A DNA stretch of 64,000 nt from Takakia lepidozioides (taxonomy: Eukaryota > Plantae > Bryophyta), in assembly GCA_030704615.1 (NCBI GenBank), contig CM060732.1:49600001-49664000 (forward strand), written 5' to 3'. This document shows, piece by piece, positions 36,482 to 48,686 of this stretch. The translations under genes and the position numbers were made by a program. Positions within the stretch are counted from its first letter, which is position 1; the number at the start of each line of letters is the position of its first letter. The notes under the pieces were generated by a model. That model had not been told where the DNA came from and made no database searches. It saw nothing but the letters and a program-made list of their open reading frames with translations.

Positions 36482-37726
36482 ATGGGTAGGGCGAAGAGTT
36501 CCAGGAAGGGGAAGAAGGAATGGAGGGCCAACATTAGCACACAGGACCTTGATGAGTTCGTGGAGAAGGCGGCATTGGAGGCGCGCAGTGGCGGAGCTTT
36601 GCATTCTGTTCTGAGTGATGCTCTTTTCTTTGTTGATCATGCCAAGGACACAACAATCGCACGGAAAGTTAACAAGCATGGGGCGAAGGTTCTGCAGGCT
36701 GACAGCATTCTTCAGCGTAATCCTCTGATTTATGTTCTGCCAGAGCCCGGAAAATCCACGAAGAAACGGAAGGACCGGGATGTGCCCAAGTCCCTGACCA
36801 AGTCTAGAGCCTTGGCATCACTCACCCCTTCCAATACGTGAGGAAAAAGGGAGTGAATCCGTGTTTGACATTGGGGCGACAAGGTCAAGGAAAATGGGGC
36901 TGGCGGGGATGAGAAAGGTGCTCGGAAAAAACAGATGCGTATAGAGGCGCCTGCGGTCGAGGTTGATGCTCCAGGGTGTTCATACAATCCCACCTTTGAC
37001 GACCACCAGGACATTTTGGGGGTCGCGGTGGCCCAAGAAATGCTGAAGGTCTATAACAAGGAATTGCAACCAGCCCCCGTTCTTCTCGTTGTGCCTGGTA
37101 CTGTTCTTGACCCTGAGGACGACTTCTTTCTGGAAGCAGATAATGGCGATGTGGGTGATGAGGAAGATGCCGCGGACGGTGCTGACACGTTGAATTCAGC
37201 TTGGAAGGCTGTGAAGGCAAAGAAGTTGAGGCGGGCAGATCTCAACAGAAGAGCCAGGAGACGTGGGGTGCTTAAAGCCAAAGCCAAAAGGCGACAACTC
37301 GTGAAGGTTGGAAAGATAACCAAAGGATACCGGAGCTAATGGATGACATAGACACGGAGAATCAAGAGAAAGAGCGAGTACGGATTCGTCGAAATGTCTC
37401 AAGGGAGGAGAAGAGGGCCCAGGGACCTCCCCGGCTTGGCAGATACAAGTTCAAGCCAAGAGCTAGTGCAAGTGCTTCTAACGGAGGAGGTAACGGGCTC
37501 CTTGCGAAAACTTAAGGGCTACCCTATGCTTGCAAGGGAAAGGTTCAAGAGCTTGCAAAGGAGTGGCATCCTTGAGGACCGCCAGCCTTCTAAGAGGAAA
37601 GAGAAGAGAAAAAGGGTAGAGTATGTACAGGGCACCAAAGGCCAAAAGGAGCGAGAGATGCATGCTGCCACGCTGGCTGAGCGGGAGGCTAAAAAACATA
37701 CTCTGTCAGCCATCCCTTTGCAATGA
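36482..37726 (+). pseudogene. NOP53: Ribosome biogenesis protein NOP53 (GLTSCR2), intronless, with about 4 frameshifts
   Basis: SSRKGKKEWRANIS, LFFVD (AIM-like), GCSYNPTFDDHQ, PPRLGRYKF, EEVTGSLRKLKG...RERFKSLQR. The frame breaks near 36835, 36870, 37315 and 37455. Confidence 0.85.
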
Positions 37727-39715
37727 GCGAGTGCCACCATCAGCGGCTCTGTGACCAGTGCAAGATCCAGTGGGAAAATTCTGGCACATGGGAGTGTTTC
37801 ACAAGCTCTTTGCTGTAGGGACACGACACTCTGAATTTGCTCTAGTTTATTCTGCCCTCTCACCTGGATGCCATACGCCTATGCTGAAAGCTGGTGCATG
37901 TCACAGCAGGGGTTGCTCAATACATTCATGCATATAGTGCACATTAGTCTGGTTTGATAGAACGGAGACTTTCTAGTGGATGGACTTGTATAGTGGACAG
38001 TGTGTGAAATCTGTTAGACCCTTCAGCTCACTCCCAACACAAATAGTGTAGAAAGCTTCCTTATCACAACAGTGATGGGACCTCAAGGAGCTATCTTTCA
38101 AAATCTTGTGTACAGTGCAAGCAATGTTGTGAAGTTGGAAAGCTTCTGTTCCTCAAAGGGTTGACAGCACGCAAACTGTAAACCTGCTAGTTGCAGTTCG
38201 TGGTTGATGTCTTGAGCCAAACACAGTTCAGCACAGGTTGGATTTGTAGTGTACCCTGCCCCATTTCCTAGATTTGATACATTAGAAGCGCCTGAAAGAC
38301 AAACATGCTGCAACTACCATGTTTGGATTTTATTGAGAGCCATTTCTACAGGTTTTCTTAACACATACCAATCTGAGAGATGTGGTTTTACATGCTGCTT
38401 CTGTAGTAACACTGCGGAAGTCTTTTGGTCTAATTGAGTTAAGCTCTGCCACTTCAGGAGGACTTTCGGGGAGGGAAACTATTTTTCACCTCTTTGGTGT
38501 ATGGCTCGGGATGCTGGCATATTGCATAAATGAATGGAATGTCATGCTTTTATGTTTGAATAGTTGATTATCATTTCTGGCCCAGTGGGTGACGCATTCT
38601 AGTTATAAATGGCTGGGAGCCTCATCCTACCTTATACTAGCCTCTTTGTTACATCAGCAGCTTGGGATTGCTTTGTTTCTGTGAGTGTGAAGGTCTAGGT
38701 CGATTTCTCAGCCTTCATCTGTTCTTGAGTCTATATCATGACCTTCCTCCATCTATTTCTCATCTCCTGCCACTATATCTTAAGTCCCTAATTGCTAGGT
38801 AGAAAGTAGTTGTCAGGAGCTTTGACACAAATGATGACCTAGGCATCATGGACATACAACTCAGGTGGGTCCTATTCATTACAAAAGTTTTTTATTACAA
38901 GCATGGGAAGCTTGGGACAAAGGTAAGTTGCAACCAATAGATTTGCAAAACACAAGAGCTTCAAATGCTTACTGAAACTCAGGAAGAAAAGGGGGGAAGT
39001 GGTAGAGTACCACAGTACAGACCGGTTGCCAAGCACTTGAGGTGTTTGGTCATGAAGGCCTTCAGAAAGCACAAGCAGATTAGCCTCTTGCCCTCGATCT
39101 CATTAAGGCCGGGCAGATGATAAATAAGTAGTGTTTATTGAACAATCCCTTTCAGTGGTACCACCATCTGGTTCTCAATCAGTAGGTGCTGCTAGCCCAT
39201 CTGCAAACAGTCTCTACATGGGACAGACAAAACGACATCAAAGAGGTTAAAGGAAAGGAAGGTTAGGATCCTGGTTGCTTCATGGAGGAGCCAAGACAGA
39301 GAGAGCTACCCTTGGAGATATTTTGGGGGGAACAGTAGCCACAGATGAATCTAGATCTCGGCAAGATGCAACACATGTGAACACTTCCTGGATGTGCTTG
39401 GTAATAGAGGCAGAAACTGAGGATGGGAGGGATGGTCGAAGAGAGAAAACAGCAGTTGTGGTGACAAGCCATGTACATTGGGTTATGTAGTAATTGCTTT
39501 GCCACTTTATATTCCAGCTTAGAATCGATGTATCACAAAACTTCTTTCGTATAGTGTATCTTCTTCCTTGGTTGAGAATGGTGCAGATGCACACAAGAAA
39601 TATAATGTCTACCTAGTCATGTCTACTTTACATGGGCTGGACATTATCAAAAAGGCACCAAAAATATATACATTTGTACAGTTTTGAAGTGTTCGGGGTT
39701 GTGTTTTTGCATCTA

Positions 39716-42369
39716 CTATTGTATTGGTGTAAGCAATTTCCTCACAGGGTTAACCAAAGACCCTCTCCTGGTGGTGGTCTCCTGTGCACACTCCTCTGAC
39801 TGCCCATCACTGGAAGTAGAATCTAACCCAGAGTCAGAAAGGAGTTTGGCCAGTGAGACTGCGAACTCAGGCAAATCTGCTGGGGATGCCAGGGCAGAAC
39901 CCCCTTGTGCCAGAATGAAAGCATTCATCAAGCTCAATCCTGCGCTTGCTGCTAGTCTTCTTCGGGGAAGTGATGAAGTCACTGCTAGTCTGCTTCGGGG
40001 ACGTGACGAGGTCACTGGCTCTCCTTCTGAAAGCCGCCGAGATTTCTTTGAAATAGTAAAAAACTCTTCAACAAGAGATGTCTTGTCTTCTGAATGCTGT
40101 TGATCCATAGCCATCTGGTTGCTCTTCACATATTCAACCGATTGGGGCAAAGCACATTTGGGTTCCAGACTGCGTAGCACCTCTGTAACTTGCGGGGGTG
40201 TTGAAGTGGTGTCCGCAACTTTTGTCACCCTTGGCCAAGCACAGTGGGGACTGGTGACCTTCTCCATCTGCATAGAGAAACAGACAGATCAAAAACCTGT
40301 GGAACACAGTGAAGAGTCCCCACAGTTGAAATCTGTCTGTTCCCAAGAACCAAGAATATGCCCCCCCCCCCCCAACAGAGAAGTGGACCTCAGATAGATT
40401 TTCCACTCCAAAAATCATAAGGCTAAAAATATCTTGATGACCATCAAGTCATCACAAAACTGGCATTGATCAGATCCTATGTACAAGCGCCTCCTCACTT
40501 GAGCAGGGTGGATCCAGGAAAACATCCACCTGCTTCAGTTCCTATTCTTCCTCTGAATGTATTGAGCTGACAAAGGTGAAAAGAGCTACATGTCAGATAA
40601 CCACACAGAGCAAATCCCTGTGATTTTCAGTCTCACACTAGAGATGATCAAAAGCGGGGTGCACACACCATGATTTGGTCTTCCGCTGCCCTGGTGCCTG
40701 CTGTAGTAATCCTGGGGAAAGCACACCGAGCCCCACCCATGAGAACGTTTTCGGTCTCAACCCCCTTCAGTTTTGATTCTTGTCGATGATGGAGAGCACT
40801 CCCATTCCCAGATTGTGCTTTCGTCACCTTCTCTGTGTTAGCTGCTGCTGCAATCCTAGGCCATGCGCATCTCGGCCCCGCCACTGTCACCGTCCCCTCA
40901 ATATCTGGCTTGGGGATAACAGCAGCAGACACCCTGGACCAGGCGCACCTGGCACCCCCCACCAAAGCCTCTGGCTCTCCTTTTCTTTCCACTGATGCCA
41001 CTTTTGCTGCAGATTTAGGCAATGCACACCTTGGCCAGCTCGCTGCCGATTCCAATAGCGCCTCAGCGGTGACAAAACTGCTATTATTCCTGTCCTTACT
41101 TCTATCTAGAATGGAGGAAGAAAGAACTGAATCGGTGGCTGTCGTGGGCTGAGCAGCAATCACACTCCTCGGCCACGAACAATGGGGGCTCATAGCCCCA
41201 CTATCAGCCTCCTTCTCCTTCTCCTCCAGGCTTGTCGACAAATTGATTATGGGTGTTGGAACCTTGCTCTTTCTGGGCCACTCGCAACGTGGGGCAGCCA
41301 TGGTTGACTCCCTGGAATCTGTGGAAGGTATACCTTGCATGCCAGTGCTCCGGCGGGGCCAAGCACAGCGGGGAGCTGGCGGTGCCTCTTCTGTGGCTGC
41401 AGGACTCGACACAAGAGGACGGTCTTTCCTTTGAAGGCGTAATTCAGCTGCGAATTCTTCCTCAAGAGTTGTAGAACGAGAGTGATTTGAGACAAGTGAC
41501 GGTGGACTATCCATGGTGGATACTGCTTGTGGAACCTTCCTAACCACCGAAGCTTCACCCTTCGAACTCAATGCCGCACGCTGTCCCTTCCCTGGCCACT
41601 CACAACGGGGACGAGGATGCTGATCCTTGTAAGTGATTAACGGTCCAAAGGGGCTAAACGTTGGCTTCAAAATCTCCTCCACAGCTTCTGAGTTGTCAAG
41701 CACTTTCTCACATGCTTGTCCTGTCTCCTCCACAACCAAATTCAAGCCACCATGAGGGAGAGAATTGGAAGATACAGTTCTTCGTGGCCAGGGGCAGCAA
41801 GGTCCCCTCGGCATCTCGAGAGGAGTACCTTGCTTCGGAGAGAAAACTCTGGGCCAAGCACAACGGGCCCTAATCTCAGTTGAAGAGGAGGAGACCATTC
41901 CACTCCCTCCCACACCATCTCGATGTATCAACGGTGAAGATGACTCTATGCTTCCATTCGGGGCCAATCCCGCCTCCCTCACCTCACGTCTCTCTTCTAC
42001 AAACACAGCGAAAGACCTTTCCAAAGCCATGGATTTAGACGAGCCCGAAGCTGGAGTTCTGACAGCCTGCTTCGCTTCCCGAGGCCACTTGCAGTAAGCA
42101 TACGTTGTGGGCGTCGTCAAATCCGACAATCCGATTCTGTCCTCCTCCTTCCTCGCTACTAGCGCAACTCTTGGCCATGGACACCGAGGATAAACTTCCT
42201 CAACCCCCTCTGATATCTCTTCTGGTGCTGATTTTTGAGGAACCTGCACCTTCTCCAACACTCTCAATATCGCTGCTTTCTGACGAGCGTACTTCCAATC
42301 TAGTGAATTATCCAAAAAGATGGGCTGCTGCACTCTAGGAGTGAGAAGCTTGGATGCATCCATAGCCAC
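39716..42369 (-). CDS. Orphan ~750-aa disordered protein with 14 dispersed RCxWPR-like motifs; exons 42369-40669 and 40267-39716 (possible 45-nt micro-exon near 40485-40529)
   Basis: A 573-aa ORF and a 185-aa ORF share the motif. Phase-0 donor ATG|GTGTGT and acceptor ctctatgcag|ATG join them in frame. TATA box and CT/AG-rich leader upstream. Confidence 0.85.
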
Positions 42370-42635
42370 ACACGCTGCTCAGTGATGAGCGACCTTTACT
42401 GACTCTCTCTCTCTCTGCTCTTCTCTTCCCTTCTTCTACGTACAAACCTCTACCAAGTACCTATACCACCTAGCTCACCTTTCTCACGCCTAGCTTCTGC
42501 ACACGTCAATGACTGTTCTCTTCTAACTAAGTAGCTTCACTCCAAGCAACACACAAAGCAAAGCAAACACAACACAAAGCAACGCACAAGTATTTTCGAC
42601 AGCAATAATATGATAACTAATCTCCCCTCGCCCAC

Positions 42636-42648
42636 CCCTTATATAAAC
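42636..42648 (-). promoter_or_regulatory. Candidate TATA box of the CxWP-repeat gene
   Basis: The minus strand reads gtttatataaggg ~270 bp upstream of ATG 42369. Confidence 0.5.
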
Positions 42649-44681
42649 CGTCTGGATTTCTATTAATATCCTCAGCACACCACAAAAGATCCATATAAAA
42701 GTCTTATTCTGTCGGCTATTACTTTCTTATACATCTTTTCTGGAAAAGAAGATGATGATAACCCAATTTTGGGATGCAAACTCAAGCGCAGCACAAGTTG
42801 GTGAAACGTGTGCAGTCCACGCTGTGGGTAGGAAGATCAATATAGATAAGTCTGGAAACTCCAATTTGATCAAAACAGAAAGAAACGGAAAAGAAAAAAC
42901 AGATTGGCACTGCACCATCATGCTACTGCACTACATAGTAGGCTTTATCTCCAAGCAACCCTATCATGCTCCTACACTACATAGTAGGCTTTCTCTCCAA
43001 GCAACCCTATTGTTTCTACTCCTGCTTTCTTTTCAACTTATTCAGGCCCTATTCAGGCCCTTTCTTTTCTTGCCAAAGGAGGATGAGAAAAAACCCCCTT
43101 CTCATTTATGAGCCATAAAAGGGTAGCAGGGTGCAGGAGGGCAGTGGGCACAAACTGGGCCACCACCACCACTATTGTGCTTTCCACTTTGTGGGCTAGT
43201 CAAACCTATCACAGAAAAGGATCATGAAAGTACATTGGATCAAAAGTATAGATCGTGTAGCCAATGCCTGGTAACTAACCCAGCAGGTAACCCATCTTTT
43301 TTTTTGTGGGTTATTGACTTTTGGTTTTCCTGCCATTCAGCCTAAAAACAGAAAACAGATTGTGGGTTTTGCTCCAATTGCACTCAATACTTGTCAGTGT
43401 GTTTTCCTCGCTGTTTGCTTTTCCGAGTCAAAAGCGACGGCAAGAGAAGAGAAGAGGCGAAGCGTCTGCGAGGAAAGAAAATGTTGCGCTACACACTGCA
43501 AAGACCGAGTATGGGCGTGGAAAATGTGCAGCCCGAGAGATTGTCGAGAATTTTCTTAATTGATTTGCAGCGTCTTCCGTCCGAGAAGCAAGGGAAGCAT
43601 GATGCGAGTGAGATGCTCGCCAATAAATTGTTAAGTAGATAACGTCACTCTCGTGCACTGCACACATGGCATCCTTTGCAACAGAATCACGGCAGTCAAC
43701 AGGGTCTGTCTATCACTCAACTTGAGTCTTGAAGTGGGCTTAGTTGCTCTGGTCGGCGGCGTGGCTTGCTTACTTGGGGAACGTGGAAGCGGACAAAGTG
43801 GATTGCTATGAAATCGCCCACTTGCCCAGTCACTGCACATGGCTGGCATACTATGGACGAGCAAGCATGTCGAGGAAATATGCTGCTCGGGCTTGTACGT
43901 GATGGCCAGCAAACTTGTAGCTACAGGATTCCCCGGGGTCAAAGAGGGTGATTCAAGGCCGGCATCATATGAATTCGGTGGGCGTTGCACCCTCCTAAGC
44001 TGGGGAGTTTTGGATCGCGAGTGAGCCATAGATGAGGATTTAAGTTACCTCATCTTATCTGTTGCAAATTCGACCTTGACACATGCCAGCTCTGAGGGTA
44101 GCCCACACAGACACTCTTGGGCGGCCTAGATACCCATACCATTTGGATTCTCTCTCTAGTATCTTCCAGATTAAGCTGCAAAGCATTGTTTACATCCGTT
44201 TACAGACCAGCCCTCAAGTAGATGTCAAAAGGAGGCTGCGCGGTGGGACAGCAAGCCTTATCTGCTTGTACAACGGTTTCTCATTTGATATTGTTTTGCT
44301 TTATCTCAGATTCTGTGTGGCTACACTTGGCTCATATAGAAACAGCAACACCTATTATACACGGTACTGCAGTAAACTGTAATGTTCAAACATATGTATT
44401 TCACACAGTTGACTGCAACTAAATTGGGCCTTATCACAAGAAAAGAATCACTCTGGACTACAATCCTGACAAGACTTATGTAGTCCTCACAATTCTAAGA
44501 AGGGCTCTTTCCTGGCCTTGAACTCTTACATTGCCTTAGAGCATTTGCAAACTGTGTTGCCCATTGATCCCTGCCAAACTACTGCTGCGAACGCGCACAT
44601 CAAGGAGACACTTGATTACTTGTTGCAAAGAGTAGTCAATTTTTTGGGAATGTGGATCAGGCATCAAAACACGCTTCTTAA

Positions 44682-47600
44682 TCAGACAACAGCATTTGTA
44701 GGAAGATTTGACTGTTTGGACCTCAAGTAGGCCTTCATGAAAGCGTCTAGTTCCCCACCCATAACTGCTCCTATGTCTGACGTTTCAACACCCGTCCTTA
44801 CATCCTTCACTAGCTTGTAAGGATGAAAGACATAGTTTCTAATTTGCTGGCCCCAATCTGCCTTCACAATATCCCCCTTTATCTCCCTGATCTCTGATGC
44901 CCTCTGCTCCTCAGCTATGACCAGCAATTTGGCTTTCAGAAGGGCCAGCGCCTTTCCCTTGTTCAGAAGTTGGCTGCGCTCCTCTGCAGGTCCCAACCAG
45001 TTGCCCTATCAGAGGACAGGAGAGGATGTACTGCTGTTGTTTGCTGTAGCCTTGTGACCTTAAACCCCGAGAGAGAGAGAGAGAATGTACTCATAAGAGT
45101 TTGTCGTAGCCTTGTGGCCATTGAACCCGCGCCCAGTTTGAGTGGAACAAGAGAAAGAGAGAAAGAACTTTTGCATTAATGCATTGTAAAACACTTCTGA
45201 AAGGAACATGATTTTTTCGGAAGGAAGAACACATGCGCAAGCAACGTGATTTTCATTAGAGGCCAAGAGATAACCTGTACAGCGGACGGCAATGCCAGTA
45301 GGAATGTGCACCATCCGGACAGCCGTTTCAACTTTGTTCACATTCTGCCCACCCTTACCCCCAGCTCGGGATGTGGAAATCTCAAGGTCTGAGTCAGGAA
45401 TGTCCACATTGAGCGCCTCTTCTTCAAGTAGAGGCATCACCTCGACACCTGCAAAGCTCGTCTGACAGAACCTCATGTCATACTCTTTCCCTTGCTTATT
45501 CCTCTCAAGGTGTACTGCAATCTCTCAGCAATAAAGAAGCGGGATCATACTATTACCCTTGAATTTAGAATTGGGAATTTAGGAATTTGTGCTTAAGGAA
45601 ATTAGCCAGCTTTTTCCCCTACAAATCAAGCAGCCTCGGCACAAGATCATGGATAAAACTCATGTAAGGTACTCCTTGAAAAGAAGACTACAGATAGGTT
45701 CTGTATATCTGATGTTTCCATCTGATCCAACCAACAATTATAATGCACACACCTGACGTAGGCCTTTTGCGTTGAAGGGTGACTGCCTAACAAGGCGATG
45801 AGTGCCCTTTTCACTCGACAAATAACCATATGCAAACCGTCCTTCAACTTCTAGAGTGGCAGACTTGATGCCAGCCTCCTCGCCTGGTGACTTCTCCACA
45901 ACCCTTGTCTTATAACCCTGCCGATCAGCCCACCGCACATACATACGTAACAGCATCTCTGTCCAATCCTGCACTGCAAACAGAGGGCAAGCCTTCCTCC
46001 AATCAACTCCCCTGCCTGCAGAGACATAGTAGTAGCTTGCATACTTGAGAACGATCTCAGGGTGTTCCCAAGTGTAGGACTGTATATGAGCTGTGCCCAA
46101 AAATGAGGTGAACATGCTGAATCCGGGATGAATAGACAAAGGAACAGGCAGTCAATCAGGATTGTAGGTTGTTCTCATTAAAACACCCAAGTTACCATCT
46201 TTTGAGGATAGTAGTAAACATCATAATACCTGGTTACAACCATACCCAGCCCTCCATCTAGCCATTGCACATGTTGATAAGCACACAGAGGTATACAGGA
46301 CAAGAGAAAAAGCACAGAGTTGCCACACAGAAAGAACAACAGACCTGGGCATCAGTGCCTCCAGCCCCGGCAGATATTGTAAGTCGGGCTCCTTTCTTGT
46401 CATAAGGACCTGACAGAAGCTTGGCCAGGTCAAAGCGGTCTAGTGCATTCTTGAGCCATGCTACTGTTTCTACTGCTTCCTTAAGCAGCCCTCCATCAAC
46501 TCCCTCTGTCTCCTCCAGCAGCTCCATTATCAGCTGTGCTTCATCTCTCTGCTTGCAGTAAGCACCATCCATACAGGAAGGATGCTTATCAGTCACAAAA
46601 TCTAAAACAAGTGGTCGAAGTTAGTGGCAGGAACTCAAGGAAGTAACTTCTGTGAAGAGAAATGCAAGAGTAAACCCTGATGACAGACGAAATGACTCAT
46701 AACACAACTGAATTGGCGAACTGTGAGTGGTGTCAAGGGACATCCTGGTTCTCAACCACTACTGTGAAGGCATCCTGGTAAGCACAAATGTTGTTAGACA
46801 GATTTTGGTTGAAAAGGCTGCAGAATTGTACAGTTGGTAAAGAATCCAAGTCCCTGAGAGAGGGGGTGAGAGAATCTGTTTGAGGAGGCCAGAAACAGAG
46901 GAGAGTAACAGGAAACAACAAAAATGTAATCAGGCATGGATTTACCTTGGCCTGAAACTCATGGAGCAAGGCGAGGTTTTCCTTCACTTCCATGAGTGCT
47001 GAGAGGATCTGCTGTGCATGGACGGGGTCATCCCAGAGAGTGCTCTCAGCCGCTTGCTGCTCCAAGTCGGCCAAAGTCGACTTTTGCTGGGCAATCCCTG
47101 CTGAACCCAAGACCTCATCCACATGCAGTGCCACCTCTTCCACCTCCTTCCTCACACCATAGAACTCTGCTGGACATGAAGCCCACATTGTATGAGAGAA
47201 AGAAAGAAACTTTCTAACGTCCACACTGGAGGCTCAGAGAGTTATGGACAATGAAAAGCAGAATACAAATAGTGAAAGACTTCTGAAAGGGTTCACTGTC
47301 TCTGAACAAATATTAGTACCGGCCTGACTGACATAACAAAGCGAACAGCCGGAAAAGAAATGCTCCTCATTCTCAATGTCCTACCTACCTTCTCCAGCAG
47401 AAGCCGGGCAGAAGTGTTAGGTACGCTGGAGATTCTCCCATCTGCCAGTCTCTACGCTCAGATTGTCAAAGCCCACCCTAAACCTTCCCAGTGCGTAGCA
47501 CAGATGGAGAGAAAGCTGCACGTGTAGAGCCATCATTCCTTCCATTCTAGCTTCTTGCGGTCATGCTTGGAAGAAGTCTCCGAGCCTTTTGGATTTTGGG

Positions 47601-48167
47601 GAACGGGGATGTAATGAAGAGTCTGACCTGCTACGTCTAGATGCCCATTAATGTCTTCTAATTAGATCTACCAGTAAAGCCTTCGAATGCAATTTTGAGA
47701 CTCAAGACCTTACCAGGCTTATTTCCACTTTTTCTGAAAACGAGCTCGCACCAACAGCACTTCAAGAAATTGATGGTTAGCACTTGTCATACATGAACGG
47801 AGCACCGAGGAACAGAAGGTCAAAAATTACGGATTAGGGTTGAGGACATGGAGAGGAACCCACCAAGATCAGATCCAGTCGTCCTTTCACTAGAAGAGGC
47901 TTCCGCAAAGCATACACATCCTCTCCTTTCTGGCTTCCTAGTCTCCAAAACCGAGGCACATTTATAATCCACACCTCGCCATTTCCCATACTTCCCATCC
48001 TGAAGCTGCTGTCCGTGGGGAGCGCTCCTGCGTACCTCCAGATACTTGCCTCGCAATCCATCAAGAGCTTGATTTCTGGAAACTTCCACCACATGGGTGC
48101 TAGATCTCGAAATCCGGTCACCAGGAAGGAGCTGGGTGACCCTGCAACATACGCCCAACCCCTCCAT
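44682..48167 (-). CDS. PrfB1: Chloroplast peptide chain release factor 2; exons 48167-47864, 47166-46946, 46548-46345, 45968-45753, 45461-45275, 44983-44682
   Basis: [24 protein letters not shown] (RF2 SPF motif), [17 protein letters not shown] (GGQ), [21 protein letters not shown]. Transit peptide; all junctions GT-AG and in frame. Confidence 0.93.
45030..45150 (-). mobile_element. 3' tail of the RTEX-like LINE in the last PrfB1 intron
   Basis: Reverse complement of ctcaaactgggcgcggg..aatggccacaaggctacg..aaac..ttatgagtacattctctctc, followed by a partial second tail. Confidence 0.8.
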
Positions 48168-48686
48168 GGAGGCCACTGAGGACTGCAGCTCCCACCTATG
48201 GCGAAGAGAACGCTCCCCGCCAAGCGGACCTTTTCTGCCCTGCCTCAGTTGACACCTTATTAGTGGGAATTCAGGGTGGCATCCGGGGAAGCTGATCAGC
48301 AGTGTCGAAGCGATGATGCGATCAGAGGAAGTATTCGGTCGTTCTGTGGTGTATTCTTCGTCGGTGTGAGAATGATGAATCTGATGGTTGACTAGTTCCG
48401 TTGGTGGGTACAGAGAGAGCGTGTCTTGTTAATGCCGCTGTTTCAACGGTCATATTCTTGTGAGGATTCAGCTTGCATGGACAGCAATCCTCCATCACAA
48501 CGCACATCTCAATGTTCTGCAAGCAACGGTGGTGTTCTTTCCGTTCCTCATAGCTTTAGAGTGGTGTAGATCCCGCTCCCTCGCGGTCTCTGTGTCTGTT
48601 TCTGAATTGGGTCTGAGAGCTTTATGATCACGAACTTTTGCTCTTGAGCTCAGTCTGCAGTTGGGTTTTTCAGCAACAGCCTGGTA

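Noticed and set aside
42285-42305. Rubisco-binding motif (DW[RK]xx[LIVA]) in the repeat protein
   Set aside because: The single DWKYAR does not fit the consensus, and no clear transit peptide is present.
43631-44382. 132-aa and neighbouring ORFs between the repeat gene and PrfB1
   Set aside because: No recognisable motifs or splice support.
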